A stretch of DNA of 64,000 bases from Geopsychrobacteraceae bacterium (GTDB lineage Bacteria; Desulfobacterota; Desulfuromonadia; Desulfuromonadales; Geopsychrobacteraceae): NCBI GenBank assembly GCA_963662315.1, contig OY759353.1, forward strand, positions 4,645,196-4,709,195. The letters are read 5' to 3'. The notes under the pieces were generated by a model. That model worked only from the letters and a program-made list of their open reading frames with translations, ran no database searches and was not told the origin of the DNA. Positions 61,363-64,000 of this stretch are shown here, piece after piece. Positions within the stretch are counted from its first letter, which is position 1. Each line of letters starts with the position of its first letter. The translations under genes and the position numbers were made by a program.

Positions 61363-62145
61363 GTGAAGTTACTTTTTATAGGTGATATCGTTGGCCAAGC
61401 GGGTCGAAAAGCTTTGACTGATTGTCTGGATAGCTTGATTGACCGCCATTATGTTGATTTGGTTGTCGCCAATGGTGAAAATGCAGCCTCTGGCTATGGG
61501 CTGACTGTCAGTGTGTTGCAGGAGATCTTCAAGGCTGGCGTTGACGTTGTAACCTCGGGGAATCATATCTGGGATAAGAAAGAAATTTTGCCGGTTCTGG
61601 AACGCGAACCCAGGTTGCTTCGGCCGGCCAACTATCCTCCTGGCTTGGCAGGGAGAGGGGCGGGGGTTTTTGAAACAGCTGCTGGTATTAAGGTCGGTGT
61701 TGCGAATCTTGAAGGGCGTGTGTTTATGAAAAACCTGGAGTGTCCGTTCCGGTCAGCGGAGGCCTTGGTTGCGGAACTTGCAAGCCAGACACCTATTATT
61801 TTTGTTGATTTTCACGCAGAAGCGACCAGTGAAAAACAGGCTATGGGGCGCTATCTTGCCGGGAAAGTATCTGCAGTGATAGGGACCCACACGCATGTTC
61901 AGACTGCTGATGAGCGCATTCTTGACAAGTTTACCGGTTATCTGACTGACGTTGGCATGACGGGTAGTCGGGATTCTATTATTGGCAACCAGATAGAGCC
62001 TGCTCTCGATCGTTTCCTGACTCAGTTGCCGGTGCGTTTGGAGGTTGCTAAGAAAGATCCTGTGCTGTGTGGTGTTTTGCTGACAATTGATGAAGAAACT
62101 GGTTGCTGTACCGCTATCGAGCGCGTACAGGAAGGTCCGAAATAG
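61363..62145 (+). CDS. ymdB: YmdB-like metallophosphoesterase
   Basis: GDIVG, NGEN, SGNH, DFHAEATSEK, GTHTH. Confidence 0.92.
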   Translation: MKLLFIGDIVGQAGRKALTDCLDSLIDRHYVDLVVANGENAASGYGLTVSVLQEIFKAGVDVVTSGNHIWDKKEILPVLEREPRLLRPANYPPGLAGRGAGVFETAAGIKVGVANLEGRVFMKNLECPFRSAEALVAELASQTPIIFVDFHAEATSEKQAMGRYLAGKVSAVIGTHTHVQTADERILDKFTGYLTDVGMTGSRDSIIGNQIEPALDRFLTQLPVRLEVAKKDPVLCGVLLTIDEETGCCTAIERVQEGPK

Positions 62146-62202
62146 TTATCTGCTAACGGATGGCTTGACCTCTGCTAACCCTTATTGAGATAAATATTGC
62201 TT

Positions 62203-63495
62203 ATGAATTTTGTTGAAGAACTGACTTGGAGAGGCATGATTCACGATATTATGCCTAGGACTGAAGAACAGCTCCAGAAGGAAATGACCACGGCTTATGT
62301 CGGGATTGATCCAACGGCGGATTCCCTGCATATAGGACATCTGGTCAGTGTTATGATGCTGAAGCATTTTCAGATAGCCGGTCATAAGCCCCTGGCTCTG
62401 GTTGGTGGTGCGACCGGGATGATCGGTGATCCGTCCGGTAAATCGGCCGAACGTAATTTGCTTGATGAGGAAACGTTGCGTCATAATGAAGCGTGCATCA
62501 AAAAGCAGTTGGCTCTGTTTCTGGATTTTGAGTCCGATGCGCCGAATGCTGCTGAATTAGTCAATAATTATGACTGGATGAAGGACTTCAGCTTTCTCGA
62601 TTTTATCCGGGATATCGGCAAGCATATAACCGTAAATTATATGATGGCCAAAGACAGCGTTAAAAAGCGCCTTGGCGAAGAGTCCAAGGCGGGATTGTCT
62701 TTTACTGAATTTACTTATCAATTGGTTCAGGGGACGGACTTTTTGCATTTATATAAAGAAAAAGGCTGTCGACTGCAGATGGGTGGTTCGGATCAGTGGG
62801 GGAATATCACCACCGGAACTGAACTGATTCGGCGTAAAGAAGGGGGGGAGGCCTTTGCTCTGACCTGCCCTCTGATTACCAAGGCAGATGGGGGGAAGTT
62901 CGGCAAAACCGAAAGCGGCAACGTTTGGCTTGATCCTAAATTAACGACTCCTTACAAATTTTATCAGTTCTGGTTAAATGTTTCTGATGCCGATGCTGAA
63001 AAGTATATTAAAATATTTACCCTGCTTGGTGCTGACGAAATTCAGGCACTTGTTGATGAACAGCAGAACGCTCCACACCTGCGTCCACTCCAGAAGCGTC
63101 TTGCTCAAGAAGTAACCTGCATGGTTCATGGACGGGAGGAGTATGACAAAGCCGTTGAGGCTTCGCAGATTCTGTTTGGCAATGCAACCGCTGAAAGCCT
63201 TGCAAGGCTTGATAAGGAAACATTCCTGTCTGTTTTTGAGGGCGTTCCGACCTTTACTGTCGCAATGGATAAACTGTCGGCAGGTATAGATATTGTTGAG
63301 CTGCTTGCTGGGGAGACCGATGCGTTTCCGTCTAAGGGAGAGCTGCGTAGAACGATTAAGGGGAATGGCTTGAGTTTGAATAAAAACAAAGTCTCAGCTC
63401 AGGATTATATAGTAACAAGTAATGATCTAATTAATGATTCTTACCTGCTGGTCCAAAAAGGTAAAAAGAATTATTACATAATAGAAGCGGTATAG
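62203..63495 (+). CDS. tyrS: Tyrosine-tRNA ligase (Bacteroidetes-like)
   Basis: [18 protein letters not shown]-terminal S4 domain. Confidence 0.96.
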   Translation: MNFVEELTWRGMIHDIMPRTEEQLQKEMTTAYVGIDPTADSLHIGHLVSVMMLKHFQIAGHKPLALVGGATGMIGDPSGKSAERNLLDEETLRHNEACIKKQLALFLDFESDAPNAAELVNNYDWMKDFSFLDFIRDIGKHITVNYMMAKDSVKKRLGEESKAGLSFTEFTYQLVQGTDFLHLYKEKGCRLQMGGSDQWGNITTGTELIRRKEGGEAFALTCPLITKADGGKFGKTESGNVWLDPKLTTPYKFYQFWLNVSDADAEKYIKIFTLLGADEIQALVDEQQNAPHLRPLQKRLAQEVTCMVHGREEYDKAVEASQILFGNATAESLARLDKETFLSVFEGVPTFTVAMDKLSAGIDIVELLAGETDAFPSKGELRRTIKGNGLSLNKNKVSAQDYIVTSNDLINDSYLLVQKGKKNYYIIEAV

Positions 63496-63534
63496 TCCTT
63501 GGCGATATTTGGACTTTTGTTCCTATGGTGCCTT

Positions 63535-63569
63535 AATAGCCCCTTCAGGTCCTGATGGGGCTATTTTTT
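63535..63569 (+). terminator. Terminator after tyrS
   Basis: AATAGCCCCTTCAG...CTGATGGGGCTATTTTTT. Confidence 0.8.
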
Positions 63570-63619
63570 ATGTTAAGCTTTAGATAAGTCATTTTTTTGA
63601 AAAAAACTTGAAAAAAGAG

Positions 63620-63648
63620 TTGACGGTAGAGATTTGATTGAGTATAAC
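63620..63648 (+). promoter_or_regulatory. rrn P1 promoter
   Basis: TTGACG-17 bp-TATAAC with an A-rich UP element. Confidence 0.8.
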
Positions 63649-63724
63649 ACGCATCCGTTGCACGGGGGAGAGCTTCGAAAGGGGAGCGGTTCCGGGTAGC
63701 TGAGAAAAAAGTTGAAAAAAAAGG

Positions 63725-63802
63725 TTGACGAGTCAAGGTGGTTTGGATAGACTCCTTGCTTGTCGCTTCGCCCCGGTGGGCGAGACAGCTGGTCTTTGAA
63801 AA
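63725..63802 (+). promoter_or_regulatory. rrn P2 promoter and boxA-like element
   Basis: TTGACG-17 bp-TAGACT; TGGTCTTTGAAAA at 63790-63802. Confidence 0.75.
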
Positions 63803-63881
63803 CTAAATAGCAGATGCTTAAAAGAGCTTGTAAGGGTTCAAGTTAATTGAACAAACTAGGATAACAAAACTTCAGAAATAT

Positions 63882-64000
<119 letters not shown>

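Noticed and set aside
62146..62202. T-box leader for tyrS
   Set aside because: The gap is under 60 bp with no T-box consensus

Overview
Chromosomal window from a Desulfuromonadales-type (Geobacter/Desulfuromusa-like) deltaproteobacterium, judged from the gene content and the 16S 5' end. The left flank (1-7.1 kb) holds core genes: a PAS protein, ferredoxin, hpt, a Rieske/cytochrome b/pentaheme cytochrome c complex and tRNA-Arg(CCG). A ~32.7-kb accessory island follows (7.1-39.9 kb). It has no integrase and is bounded by two diverged copies of the 3' end of kup. The island encodes a CheB-CheR-coiled-coil-PAS fusion and four output proteins (histidine kinase, diguanylate cyclase, hybrid kinase, sigma-54 activator) that share one N-terminal helix motif. 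It also carries eight copies of a 34-bp tandem-palindrome site, seven 96-98 bp and one 85 bp upstream of sigma-54 -24/-12 promoters (one promoter is degenerate). These promoters face general-stress-type genes (CsbD, BON, DUF3309, PRC-barrel, OmpA, cfa-like, desaturase, hflKC, Hsp20). An ftsH-grpE-cbpA-cbpM block is also present, along with many relics showing duplication followed by reciprocal decay. The right flank (39.9-64 kb) holds kup, rimK, corA, an MscS channel, mutT, ubiE, an AsmA-like gene, smc, ftsY, zapBA, ygfA, rny, ymdB, a Bacteroidetes-like tyrS and the start of an rRNA operon. All assignments are by eye; no database searches were run.
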